Program-made: the position numbers and the translations under genes | Shown: positions 8,575 through 17,800 of the stretch, piece by piece | How the letters are laid out: every line of letters starts with the position of its first letter | Position numbering within the stretch: position 1 is the stretch's first letter | The notes under the pieces: generated by a model | The model's input: only the letters and a program-made list of their open reading frames with translations | Database searches by the model: none | What the model was told of the DNA's origin: nothing | Source: a virus | Lineage: Duplodnaviria; Caudoviricetes | IMG/VR virus record: IMGVR_UViG_3300010376_000018 | Coordinates: 1-43,550 of that record | Reading direction: 5' to 3' (one strand) | Length of the DNA: 43,550 bases

Positions 8575-8850
8575 ATGCCGTATCGACTCCGTTGGAAAAT
8601 CTCGGTCGATTTCGTGCCTCCGGGCGAAGGACTTGGCCAGAACGCCCTGCCGCCACTCGCCGATACCGGCGGCAATGCGCAGACCCTAACCATCTTCGGT
8701 TCGGGCGGATCGCAGACGCCGGTATCGAACACCTTCACCAACTCGGACGTGACCGCGTTGATGGCGACGCTTTCGGCCGACGCGACGGCGCAATTCGACA
8801 ACGCCGCCCTGCAAGCGCGCGTCCAAGGCTTTGCGACCGGAGGCGGTTGA
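8575..8850 (+). CDS. Small virion-associated protein ending in GGG
   Basis: AGGAGG RBS; immediately after capsid; C-terminus QGFATGGG. Confidence 0.8.
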   Translation: MPYRLRWKISVDFVPPGEGLGQNALPPLADTGGNAQTLTIFGSGGSQTPVSNTFTNSDVTALMATLSADATAQFDNAALQARVQGFATGGG

Positions 8851-9203
8851 TGGCACTGCGCACGCTCGGCTCAAACGCAACGACCTCGCTGTCGGCGTTC
8901 GTTGTCGGCTTCAACGACATCATCCCGGCGGACCTCGCGACGCTGATAACCCAGCTTCGCGGCGATCCGCCCGGTTACACCGCGCCGCAGGGCAACGTTG
9001 CCACGACCGGCCTGATTACCGGCCAGGGCACCAACCGGCCCCGGATCAATGCCGCCTACATCAAGCAGGGCCTGCTGACCATCCCGAACCGGGGCCAGCT
9101 TGTGTGTCGGCCCGGCGACTTTGTTTGCTGGGACACCACGACCGGCTGGCCGATCCTATTGTCGGGCGACGCTGCCGCTAACGGTCCCTACACGCATTCG
9201 TGA
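8850..9203 (+). CDS. Putative virion structural protein
   Basis: ATG 8850 coupled (TGATG), MALRTLG...; GGAGG RBS. Confidence 0.75.
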   Translation: MALRTLGSNATTSLSAFVVGFNDIIPADLATLITQLRGDPPGYTAPQGNVATTGLITGQGTNRPRINAAYIKQGLLTIPNRGQLVCRPGDFVCWDTTTGWPILLSGDAAANGPYTHS

Positions 9204-9209
9204 GGCTCC

Positions 9210-9683
9210 ATGGCTCGCACCAAAAACGAAATCCTCAAAGACATCGAAAAACGGATCATGGCCGCCGAAATCCTCACCGATGAGGAGAAAGCGGAAATCC
9301 GCAAGCGGGCCCGCGAACAGGTCGCCGAGTCGCGCAAGAAAGACGCGACCGAAGCTTATCTGAAAGCCGCGATCCGCGAGGAGCAACGCGAATACGAACC
9401 GCAGGAGGTTTTGGAGGATTTTACGGTCGACCTCGCCGAGTATGCGCCCTACATCGCCATCAACGGTTCGCTGTACTTTCACGGCGTGACCTATGAAGTG
9501 CCGTATTCGCAGGCGCGCTGCATGGCGGAAATCCAGCAAGCGACGTGGCGCCATGAGCGCGAATGGCGCGAAGGCAAATCGCGGCTCACGCTGAACGCGC
9601 TGCACCGGCAGATGTCGATGAAAACCGGTCAGGTCATCACGCCGCACGGCAACGTCACCACGACCGGAAACATGCGGCAATGA
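9210..9683 (+). CDS. Hypothetical protein, head-completion region
   Basis: 157 aa with GAGG RBS. Confidence 0.75.
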   Translation: MARTKNEILKDIEKRIMAAEILTDEEKAEIRKRAREQVAESRKKDATEAYLKAAIREEQREYEPQEVLEDFTVDLAEYAPYIAINGSLYFHGVTYEVPYSQARCMAEIQQATWRHEREWREGKSRLTLNALHRQMSMKTGQVITPHGNVTTTGNMRQ

Positions 9684-10117
9684 CCGACGAAAAAAACGGC
9701 GCAGCGCCGGCATTCGTGTTTCGTCTCGGCGGCCAAGTCGGGCCGAACAACACCATGGAAGTCACGTTCGGCGTGCCGGCCGACATGATGCCGGCCGACA
9801 TGGACAAATACATCGACAAGGTGCGCGCTCGGCTGGATCGGCAAAATGACATTCAGATTCTCGAAAGCGCGCACATCCAACTCCGCAACGCTGAAAAGCA
9901 GCTTGCCGACGAACGCGAACGGCGCGCGGTGGCGGAATCCTCGATGCGTGGTCATTGGGCGACATCCGGCCGCAAAGGCGACTTTAAGCCGACTGGATCG
10001 CAGGCGGCGGCGCTCGACAACCACGACCAAAACCTCAAGCGACTGATTGAGGATGTGATTCCGGGGTTCAAGGCGACCATCGCCGAACTTGAGCGAAAGA
10101 TTGCCGGGGATGCGTGA
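9680..10117 (+). CDS. Hypothetical coiled-coil protein
   Basis: ATGA-coupled start MTDEKNG. Confidence 0.75.
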   Translation: MTDEKNGAAPAFVFRLGGQVGPNNTMEVTFGVPADMMPADMDKYIDKVRARLDRQNDIQILESAHIQLRNAEKQLADERERRAVAESSMRGHWATSGRKGDFKPTGSQAAALDNHDQNLKRLIEDVIPGFKATIAELERKIAGDA

Positions 10118-10887
10118 TGCCGCTGACCAGCGCGCAAATCGTTTCGCAAGCGTGTCAGATAGCGCGGGTGCCGGGCTTCACGTCGCAGGCCGGGCAAATC
10201 CTCAATAAGACGCTTTCCGATCTCTGTCAGACTTACGACTTCGCGCTGGCGCGCAAGCAGTTCAATTTCACGCTGCCGACATCGCAGATCAACAGCGCCG
10301 GGCAGGCGTACATGAACCTGCCGCCGGACTATCTGCGCTGCATTCGCAACGGCAACTATTACGTCATCAGCGGCGTCCCTTACCCGATGATCCCGTGCGA
10401 TCAGGTCGAGGAGTTCAACATGTTGGTCGAACAGGCCGGCTTGTCGAACTTCCCGGTGTTTTTTGCGACCGATATGAGCCTGACCGGCGCGGCAAATTCG
10501 CAGACCGGATCGGGCGGCGCCTTGGTGCCCGTCATGCTGTTTTGGCAGGTGCCGTCCGGCGCCTATCAGGCGTTCCTCTATTACTTCTCGCAAATGCCCG
10601 ACATCGCCACGCCGGAAACCTCAAGCGTCATTCCGTGGTTTCCCAACCAAACTTATTTGGTCACGGAAACCGCCGGGCGGCTGATGCAGCTATCGGACGA
10701 TGAGCGCGCCGACGCGATGCTATCGGCCGATGAGGACGCGCACCCGCAAGGGTCCGCCGTGATCCTGCGAAAGTATCTGCAAATGAAAGACGACAAAGGC
10801 GACCGCGCCCAACAGGTGACGCTGGATCGCCGCCGCTTCGGCACATCGTTTGACCGGCTGCGCAACACCAAGAGCATCGGATGGTGA
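10117..10887 (+). CDS. Head-tail adaptor (tail tubular A-like)
   Basis: MPLTSAQIVSQACQIA..LNKTL..YMNLPPDY pattern and position. Confidence 0.7.
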   Translation: MPLTSAQIVSQACQIARVPGFTSQAGQILNKTLSDLCQTYDFALARKQFNFTLPTSQINSAGQAYMNLPPDYLRCIRNGNYYVISGVPYPMIPCDQVEEFNMLVEQAGLSNFPVFFATDMSLTGAANSQTGSGGALVPVMLFWQVPSGAYQAFLYYFSQMPDIATPETSSVIPWFPNQTYLVTETAGRLMQLSDDERADAMLSADEDAHPQGSAVILRKYLQMKDDKGDRAQQVTLDRRRFGTSFDRLRNTKSIGW

Positions 10888-10888
10888 C

Positions 10889-12847
10889 ATGAGAAAGCTT
10901 CTGGCCGCGCTGTTGCTGTCGCTGTTGCCGTCCGTCGCGCTGGCACAGACCGGCAGCGTCATGACGCAAAGCCAACTCAATACGCTCATTGGCACGACCG
11001 GTTGCACGCAACCGACGTGCTTGCTGCCGGACAATAACGTCGGCGCCATTACGCCGTTCGACGTGCGGCAAGTGTTGCTGAATATGAACGCGACCATGTT
11101 CGGCGGCGCGTCGCGCATTCTGATGCTGGCCGACACCACGTTCTATGTGAACCCGAACACAGTCGGTTCGGCGACGTGTGGCATCACGGGCGCGCTGACC
11201 TGCGGCCCCGGCAGCAATTCGGTGACGGCGATCCAGGCGGAAAATCCGGCAACGCCGTTCGCCACGTTGCAGGTCGCCATGGCGGTGATCTCCAACACGT
11301 TCGACTATGGCGGTCATACCCCGACCATCAACCTTGCGCACGGCACCGACCCCGGCGGCGCGCAATGTTCCTCGACCGGTGCCAACATCGGCCGCAACGG
11401 GCTGTTTATTAACGGCGATAACAACGCGCCCACGGCGGCGCAAATCCAAGCGGTCAATGGCGGCGCGGCCATCGTCGCCAGAGACAAATGCAGCTTGGTC
11501 CTGACCAGCCTCGAAATCGTTGACCAAGGCTCGGCGTTGATCGGCGTCGGCGTCGATCAACAAAGTGTCGTTGACCTTTCCGGCGTGTCGTTTGGTGCAT
11601 TCAACGCGTCCGCCGCGCAAGTGTTTTTGATGCAGAACGGCAGCATGAACGTTGCCGCGACCTGCGGCGCAACGCTGTTGGGTGGCGCCGGCAATTTCCT
11701 CAAGATGCAGGATAACGCGACCTTTGCGCTTTCGACCGGCACGCCGCCGACTCTGCCGCAAACTATCTGTGTTCCGCCGGCCACTGCCATCACCTATACG
11801 GCGACCGTCAATCTCAGTGGCAATGCCACTGTGACCGGCGCGAACGCCAGTTCCTTTACGCTTGGCGGCGGCGCCAGCGTTACCGGCGTGCGCGCCGCGC
11901 TGTCCGGCTCAAGCAACGTGCAGACGGCTGGCGCCGGCATCAACGCGGTGTTTCCCGGCAGCTTGCCGGCAACGCTTGTCGGCTTTGCCACGACCGACGT
12001 ACTGACTGACTATCTGACGACGGCGATCCCGCCGCAAAGCGGCGGCACCGGCACCAAGACGCAATTCACGCAAGGTTCGGTGCCGTTCGCGGGCGCGGGT
12101 GGCGTGTACAGCCAAGACAACGCCAATCTTTTTTATGACGCGACCAACCATCGGCTTGGCGTTGGCACGGCAGCACCGGTCACCGGGCTTGAAATTTTTG
12201 AGAACGCGACCCCGACCGAACGCGGGACCGGCATTGCCGGCGGTGTCTTGACCTTGCCCGATGCGACCAGCGGCGGCTGGACGGCAATTTCTTTTGGCCT
12301 GCAAGCCGTCACCGGTCACGTGCGCTTTGACGGCACCAACGCATCGCCGCTGGCGCTTGGTGCCAACGAGGAAATCGGCCGCCTGTCGTGGGGTGGCTGG
12401 ACCGGCAGCACCATCGCCAGCAACAAGGCGCGCGTTGCTTGCTTCACTGCGGAAGCGTTCACGCCTTCGGCTAACGGCACTTACTGCGATGTGGTAGCAA
12501 CCCTGCCGACCACAACCAACTTTTTCAGCGTGGCTCGTTTTCACGGCGACGGCCATTTTCTCAATATCTTTTCCGGGGCAGCGCCGACAATCAGCACATG
12601 CGGCACCACGCCATCGGTGTCCGGCAATGACAATGTGGGCAGCATCACAGCCGGTTCCGGCGCGCTGTCCTCTTGCGTCATGAACTTCGCCAAGCCGTGG
12701 GGCACCGCCCCGGTTTGTACCTTCTCAAGTCCGACCGCCGTCGCGGCGCCAACGGTCAATACCTCGACCACGCAACTGACCATCGGCGGGACCTCGCTGA
12801 CCAGCTTGACGCTCAACTACATCTGTCAATCGAACGGGGCGTCATAG
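10889..12847 (+). CDS. Tail fibre/spike with Sec signal peptide
   Basis: MRKLLAALLLSLLPSVALA|Q; LPDNNVGAITPFDVR anchor-like motif; beta-helix-like FYVNP..PFATLQ segment; NLFYDATNHRLGVGTAAP fibre motif; 14 Cys. Confidence 0.8.
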   Translation: MRKLLAALLLSLLPSVALAQTGSVMTQSQLNTLIGTTGCTQPTCLLPDNNVGAITPFDVRQVLLNMNATMFGGASRILMLADTTFYVNPNTVGSATCGITGALTCGPGSNSVTAIQAENPATPFATLQVAMAVISNTFDYGGHTPTINLAHGTDPGGAQCSSTGANIGRNGLFINGDNNAPTAAQIQAVNGGAAIVARDKCSLVLTSLEIVDQGSALIGVGVDQQSVVDLSGVSFGAFNASAAQVFLMQNGSMNVAATCGATLLGGAGNFLKMQDNATFALSTGTPPTLPQTICVPPATAITYTATVNLSGNATVTGANASSFTLGGGASVTGVRAALSGSSNVQTAGAGINAVFPGSLPATLVGFATTDVLTDYLTTAIPPQSGGTGTKTQFTQGSVPFAGAGGVYSQDNANLFYDATNHRLGVGTAAPVTGLEIFENATPTERGTGIAGGVLTLPDATSGGWTAISFGLQAVTGHVRFDGTNASPLALGANEEIGRLSWGGWTGSTIASNKARVACFTAEAFTPSANGTYCDVVATLPTTTNFFSVARFHGDGHFLNIFSGAAPTISTCGTTPSVSGNDNVGSITAGSGALSSCVMNFAKPWGTAPVCTFSSPTAVAAPTVNTSTTQLTIGGTSLTSLTLNYICQSNGAS

Positions 12848-14604
12848 TGCAACGCAATTCTAAACCCGTCACTTGGCGCGGTAAGGGCCTGTCCGATGCA
12901 CTCGACGCGTCGGATGCCTTCGATGGCTCGATGCTGTCGCTGCAAAACTTGATCCCCGACCCCTCGACGGCGCGGCTGTGGCAATGCCGCCCAGCGGCGC
13001 AAAAGATTTTCGACTTCTTTGGTGGCGCATTTTCCGGCGGCTTCTCTGGCGGCTTCTCTGGCGGCTTTGGCGGCGGCCCCACGACGCGCGGCCCGATCTC
13101 GGTCATGAAGCAAGTCGGCGGCATTGTGTACGGCATGGTTGCCAATCCATCGGGTGGCCTCGCCGGCTTTGACTCGCCGTTCGCCTTCAACCTTGTCACC
13201 AACACGCAAATCCCGGTGACCGGCACACAGAACGCCACGACGCTGCCGCAAACGCTGGCGGCGACGGGTGCGTGGGTGCCGCCGCAAATGGACGTGATCG
13301 GCACCAAGCTGATGGTGTGTCACCAAGGCTTTGTCGGCACCGGCGGCAACTTTGTTGGTTGGTTCGATATTTCGACACCGACTGCGCCGGTTTGGAATGC
13401 CGGCAACCTGACGCTTGGCGGCGCTGGCGGCTCGGTGTTCACCATTGCACCTATCGCGGTGAGGCAGTTTTTCAATCGCGCCTATTACATTCACAACGCC
13501 ATCAATGCGCCGGCTGTGCTGTTCTCTGACGCGCTCAATGCCACGATGTTCACGTCAACTGCGACCGTCGCCACCAACGTTCTGACCTTCAACGACAACG
13601 TGCCACTGACCGCACTCGGCGCGCTGCCGCTGTCGAACCAACTCGGCGGCATCATTCAATCGTTGATCGTGTTCAAAAACACAACGGTCATGTATCAGAT
13701 CACGGGCGATCCGATCTTTGGGTCGCCGACCAACGCACAAAATTTCAGCGGGCCGCCGCTGGCAATCAACACCCTCAACGTCGCGACCGGCACGCTGGCG
13801 CCAAACAGCATTCATGCGACGCCGAAGGGCCTCGCCTTCATGGCGCAGGATGGCGTCCGCATTATCGACTTCAACGCCAATGTCAGCGACCCCATCGGCC
13901 TCGATGGCAAAGGCATCTGTGTGCCGTTTATCTTCTCCGTGGTGCCGTCTCGGGTGTGTGCGGCGTGCAATGCCAACGTCATGCGGATCACCACGCAGAA
14001 CGGCAACCTGTCAAACAATCCGCAGCAAGAGTATTGGTTTGACTTCGGCCGTGGCATCTGGACCGGGCCGCACACGTCAACCGCGTCGCTGATTGTCCCC
14101 TATCAGCAGACGTTCATCATGCAGCCAACCGCTGTGCCGGGTCAGCTTTGGCAGTCCGACGTGTATCAATCGGCCACGTCGCAGTTTGTGGAAAACGGCA
14201 CAAATTTGCAATGGACGTTCGGATCAACGTTGCTGCCCGACACCGACGAAATCACCAACAACTGCATGACCGAATCGACGCTTGATTTGGCGCTGCCGCC
14301 GACCAGCCCACCCATCGTCATCAATGCGGCCGATCAAAATGGCTCGGTCATGAATCAGGTGTCGATCTCGCCGGTCACCACGTCGGCAGTCATTTGGGGC
14401 GGCTTTACATGGGGTTCGGCAACATGGGGCGGCGGTGCCGTTTCGGTGCTGGCGCCCTACCAACTGAAATGGACGCTGCCGATTGTATTCGCGCGCATGA
14501 CGGTGACGGCGACCGGGCAATCGGCCGCGACGTTGCGCGTCGGCGCGCTGCACATGCGCTATCAACCCTTGCGTCAACTCACCAACACACAGGCCGCAGC
14601 ATGA
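12847..14604 (+). CDS. Tail nozzle / tubular protein B-like
   Basis: GTG 12847 coupled to upstream TAG; ~585 aa beta-rich; WGGFTWGSATWG motif; FSGG repeats. Confidence 0.75.
   Translation: MQRNSKPVTWRGKGLSDALDASDAFDGSMLSLQNLIPDPSTARLWQCRPAAQKIFDFFGGAFSGGFSGGFSGGFGGGPTTRGPISVMKQVGGIVYGMVANPSGGLAGFDSPFAFNLVTNTQIPVTGTQNATTLPQTLAATGAWVPPQMDVIGTKLMVCHQGFVGTGGNFVGWFDISTPTAPVWNAGNLTLGGAGGSVFTIAPIAVRQFFNRAYYIHNAINAPAVLFSDALNATMFTSTATVATNVLTFNDNVPLTALGALPLSNQLGGIIQSLIVFKNTTVMYQITGDPIFGSPTNAQNFSGPPLAINTLNVATGTLAPNSIHATPKGLAFMAQDGVRIIDFNANVSDPIGLDGKGICVPFIFSVVPSRVCAACNANVMRITTQNGNLSNNPQQEYWFDFGRGIWTGPHTSTASLIVPYQQTFIMQPTAVPGQLWQSDVYQSATSQFVENGTNLQWTFGSTLLPDTDEITNNCMTESTLDLALPPTSPPIVINAADQNGSVMNQVSISPVTTSAVIWGGFTWGSATWGGGAVSVLAPYQLKWTLPIVFARMTVTATGQSAATLRVGALHMRYQPLRQLTNTQAAA
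13030..13077 (+). repeat. 12-bp coding tandem repeat (FSGG x3 + FGGG)
   Basis: TTTTCCGGCGGC TTCTCTGGCGGC TTCTCTGGCGGC TTTGGCGGCGGC. Confidence 0.9.
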
Positions 14605-15692
14605 AATACGTTCTCGCGTTGCTGCTATCGCTTCTCGCCTCACCCGCGCTCGCTGGGGTGTCGTGCGTGCTGCCATTCAACATTCAGAACGGCCAGCCCG
14701 CCGACGCTACGCAAGTCATGGCGAACTACAACGCGTTGGTGGCGTGCCTGGGCAACGCCGCTGCGGCCGGCGCTAATTCCGACATCACGTCGCTCAACGG
14801 CCTGACCACGCCGATCCCGAAGTCGGCCGGCGGCACGCCGGTTTATGTCGGCGGCACGTCGACCGGATCGGCCAATGCGCAGGTTGTTGGTTCGACTGTG
14901 CCGGGCTTTGTGCTGTCGCCGGGCAACATCGTCACCTTCTTTGCTGGATTCAGTAACACCGGAAATTTCACGCTTAACGTCGGCGGGACCGGTGTACTGA
15001 CGGTGTTCCGTCATACCCAACTTGGGCCGCTTAATTTCGTCGGCGGCGAAATCAACGCCAACGATCAGGTGATGGTACAATATGACGGCACGCAATTTCA
15101 GTGCCTGTCCTGCCATCGCGACATGGTTGGCGAGGTCATGGACTACACCGGCACGCCGCCCGCCGGCTGGCTGGTGATGGACGGTAGCTGTGTGTCGCAG
15201 ACAAGCTTTTCGGCGCTGTTCGCGGTGATTGGCACGAACTTTGGCTCTTGCGGCGCCGGATTGTTCGCGCTGCCGGACGGTCGCGGCAACGCCATGGTGG
15301 GGCTCGATAACCAGGGCAGCAATGGCAACGCGAACCGGCTGTCGATTTGCGCCGCCCAACATACGGTGTTGGGCGCGTTGTGCGGCGTGCAGCAACAAAC
15401 AATCTCGCAAGCGGAGTTGCCGGTTGTCACCATCCCGGCCACGGGCCTGACTGGCAGCTACAATCCGACCGTCGCGATCTGCAACACCCTGACCACGACC
15501 GGCTGTTCCAACGGCGACTCGAATTTGGTGGTCAGCGGCACCAGTCGCGGCACCGATCCGTGGTCGAACTACGTCGGCACTGGCGCCGGCTTGCAAGTCA
15601 CCATGGGCGGCAATGTCACGCTGCCCGGCGGCGCCGCCGGCTTGCCTACAATTCAACCCCTTCAATTTGTGTACAAAATCGTCAAGCTGTGA
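14601..15692 (+). CDS. Tail fibre with phage tail-collar domain and Sec signal peptide
   Basis: ATGA-coupled MKYVLALLLSLLASPALA|G; collar motif GEVMDY..PPAGWLVMDGS..FSALFAVIGT..FALPDGRG; 10 Cys. Confidence 0.85.
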   Translation: MKYVLALLLSLLASPALAGVSCVLPFNIQNGQPADATQVMANYNALVACLGNAAAAGANSDITSLNGLTTPIPKSAGGTPVYVGGTSTGSANAQVVGSTVPGFVLSPGNIVTFFAGFSNTGNFTLNVGGTGVLTVFRHTQLGPLNFVGGEINANDQVMVQYDGTQFQCLSCHRDMVGEVMDYTGTPPAGWLVMDGSCVSQTSFSALFAVIGTNFGSCGAGLFALPDGRGNAMVGLDNQGSNGNANRLSICAAQHTVLGALCGVQQQTISQAELPVVTIPATGLTGSYNPTVAICNTLTTTGCSNGDSNLVVSGTSRGTDPWSNYVGTGAGLQVTMGGNVTLPGGAAGLPTIQPLQFVYKIVKL

Positions 15693-15788
15693 TTGTAAGG
15701 CCCCATATCTTGTGGCTTCGGCCATTGCCGACACAACAGGTGGGGTCTATAGTCCGGCAAAACCGCCTGCCAGCGATGGGGTGATGTC

Positions 15789-16013
15789 ATGGTCCTCGAC
15801 CGAATCGACGCACTTGAAGCCGACATGCGCAAGCTCAAGGCCAACCCTGCGGTCGCCAAGGTGATCGCCGATGGCGAGGCGCAGCTTGCGGCGGAGGCCA
15901 AGAAAGCCAAGGACGCGGCCGACAAAGCGGCGGCCGAACAACAGAAGGCGGAGAAGGCCGATGAAGCGCAGCAGCAACCGCAAAGTCAGCGGTCGAAACA
16001 AAGCGCCGCGTAA
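15789..16013 (+). CDS. Small A/K/E-rich helical protein
   Basis: 74 aa, GGGGTGA RBS. Confidence 0.65.
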   Translation: MVLDRIDALEADMRKLKANPAVAKVIADGEAQLAAEAKKAKDAADKAAAEQQKAEKADEAQQQPQSQRSKQSAA

Positions 16014-16131
16014 AGGCGGCACGGGCGGCGGCGGCTTCATCCCGCCGGCCAAGTACGACGAACCGACGCGCGGCAACCGCAGCAAACAAACATCCGCGCG
16101 CAACAAGCGACTCGAAAAGGCGGCGCTATGA
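15961..16131 (+). CDS. Small basic protein (56 aa)
   Basis: GGAGAAGG RBS before ATG 15961; stop coupled to next ATG; ends ARNKRLEKAAL. Confidence 0.55.
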   Translation: MKRSSNRKVSGRNKAPRKGGTGGGGFIPPAKYDEPTRGNRSKQTSARNKRLEKAAL

Positions 16132-16313
16132 GTAGCAATTCAGGCAAAGGCAACACGGCGTCACAAACAACCTTGCATCAAAGCGGAATGCGCAAGACCG
16201 CACCATCCGCCGATGACGCCTCGACACGATGCAAGGGCGGGAGCGTAAACAGTGAGTCAACCCGCAGCGGCACGGCGCAAACGCCCGGCACCATCGGCCC
16301 CCGCGAAGCTTGA
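16128..16313 (+). CDS. Small S/T/G-rich protein
   Basis: 61 aa, ATGA coupling. Confidence 0.6.
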   Translation: MSSNSGKGNTASQTTLHQSGMRKTAPSADDASTRCKGGSVNSESTRSGTAQTPGTIGPREA

Positions 16314-16776
16314 ACTTGTTCGGCCGACACTGACGGCGCAAGAGGAGCTATTTCCGCAAATAGCGCGCGAACTGCCGCCGCTGTTCCTCCGTCACTATGA
16401 GGAATTGTCAGACAAGGCGTTCCCGCTGGCGCCCGATTGGGACCGCTATTATGCGCTGGGCCTCACCGGCAATCTGAAAATCACCACAGCGCGGTTCGGC
16501 AACGTATTAGCCGGCTACATCTTCAACATCATCTGCCGCCATCTGCACTACGCCGAACCGCACGCCGACATGGAAATGTTTTGGCTCGATCCGGTGTATC
16601 GCGGCGGCCTGTTCGCGTTGCGCTGGTTTCGCTTCAACGATGACATGTTGCGCGAGGCCGGCGTTCGCAAGGTCAGCGCCGCGATCAAGACAGGTTATCG
16701 CGATGGCCGCGTCGAGTTGATCTTTCAGCGGCTCAAATACCGCAACGTCGAAAAAATCTATTCCAAGGTGCTGTGA
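16252..16776 (+). CDS. GNAT-fold acetyltransferase-like protein preceding ejection genes
   Basis: TAR..LAGY..HLHY..FWLDPVYRGG..YSKVL; usual position in podoviruses. Confidence 0.8.
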   Translation: MSQPAAARRKRPAPSAPAKLELVRPTLTAQEELFPQIARELPPLFLRHYEELSDKAFPLAPDWDRYYALGLTGNLKITTARFGNVLAGYIFNIICRHLHYAEPHADMEMFWLDPVYRGGLFALRWFRFNDDMLREAGVRKVSAAIKTGYRDGRVELIFQRLKYRNVEKIYSKVL

Positions 16777-17798
16777 TGGGTATCAGCGGCATTCTGGGCG
16801 CAGTCGCGGCCGGCGGTTCGCTGATGTCGGGCCTTGGCGGTTTGTTTGGTAACAGCGGCGCGCAAGCCCCGCCGCAGTTTCAGATGCCTGGACTCGGCGA
16901 GGCGTCGGGCGGCGCGCTCGGCGGCATCGGCAACCTCAACAGCTACAATCTTTATCAGCCGAACATTCCGCAGGCGACAGGCATCACGCAAAACTTGGTC
17001 AACAATCCCTATGCCGGCGGCTATCTCGGCGGATCGGTGACGGCCGGCGGTCTTGGGCAATTGCAGGCGCTGGGTCAGTACGGCCAAGGCCAGAACCTTA
17101 TCAACACCGGGCAAAGCCTCACGCCTTACGCGGGCTCGGTGCTGCAAACCGGCTTCGATCCGCAGCAACAACTTTATCAGCGCACGCTGGCGACAACGCT
17201 GGGGCAACAGCAGGCGGCGAATGCGCTGTCTGGCGTCGGCACAACGCCGTATGGCGCCGGGCTCACCGACGCCAATCTGCAAAACTTCAACATCGACTGG
17301 CAGAATGCGCAACTCAATCGCCAGATACAGGCGCTACAAGGTGCCGGCGGCGCGCTGCAAACCGGCGGCGGCTTGATCGGTCAGGGCGTCAATATGCAGG
17401 CGGCAGCGCCCGCGCAATATCTCACGGCATCGTCCTACCCGTATTCGGCTTATCAACAAATTGGTGGCAATCAGCTTGGCGCGCTGACGAACTTGGGTCA
17501 GTTCGGCATGGGCGCGTCGCAGCTACCGCAGCAACAAATCGCCGACTATCTGAATTATATTCAGGCCGGCAATCAGGCGAACCAAGTCGCCAATCAAAAT
17601 GCGACGTTGCAGGCGCAGATTCAGAACATGTATCAGGGCCAAATTGGTCAGGGCCTTGCCGGGTTTGGCAATCTCGCCAGCAAGTCCAATTTTAATTTTG
17701 GCGGCGGCGCGCTGCCGAACGCGGTTAACCCCGGTTTCAACTTCGCGCCGACGCAATACACGTCGGGCGGCTACCTCAACTATGGGCCGGGGTACTGA
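16776..17798 (+). CDS. Ejection/pilot protein 1
   Basis: G/A hydrophobic N-terminus, G/Q/N-rich body, follows GNAT. Confidence 0.75.
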   Translation: MGISGILGAVAAGGSLMSGLGGLFGNSGAQAPPQFQMPGLGEASGGALGGIGNLNSYNLYQPNIPQATGITQNLVNNPYAGGYLGGSVTAGGLGQLQALGQYGQGQNLINTGQSLTPYAGSVLQTGFDPQQQLYQRTLATTLGQQQAANALSGVGTTPYGAGLTDANLQNFNIDWQNAQLNRQIQALQGAGGALQTGGGLIGQGVNMQAAAPAQYLTASSYPYSAYQQIGGNQLGALTNLGQFGMGASQLPQQQIADYLNYIQAGNQANQVANQNATLQAQIQNMYQGQIGQGLAGFGNLASKSNFNFGGGALPNAVNPGFNFAPTQYTSGGYLNYGPGY

Positions 17799-17800
17799 GG

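Noticed and set aside
10850-14600. ORF-track upstream starts (10850, 12673, 14394; also 136) that mask signal peptides
   Set aside because: They overlap upstream genes deeply; starts at 10889, 12847, 14601 and 142 abut or overlap the preceding stops
15682-15696. TCAAGCTGTGATTGT as another operator
   Set aside because: Two mismatches in the right half and overlaps a coding end; too weak to count
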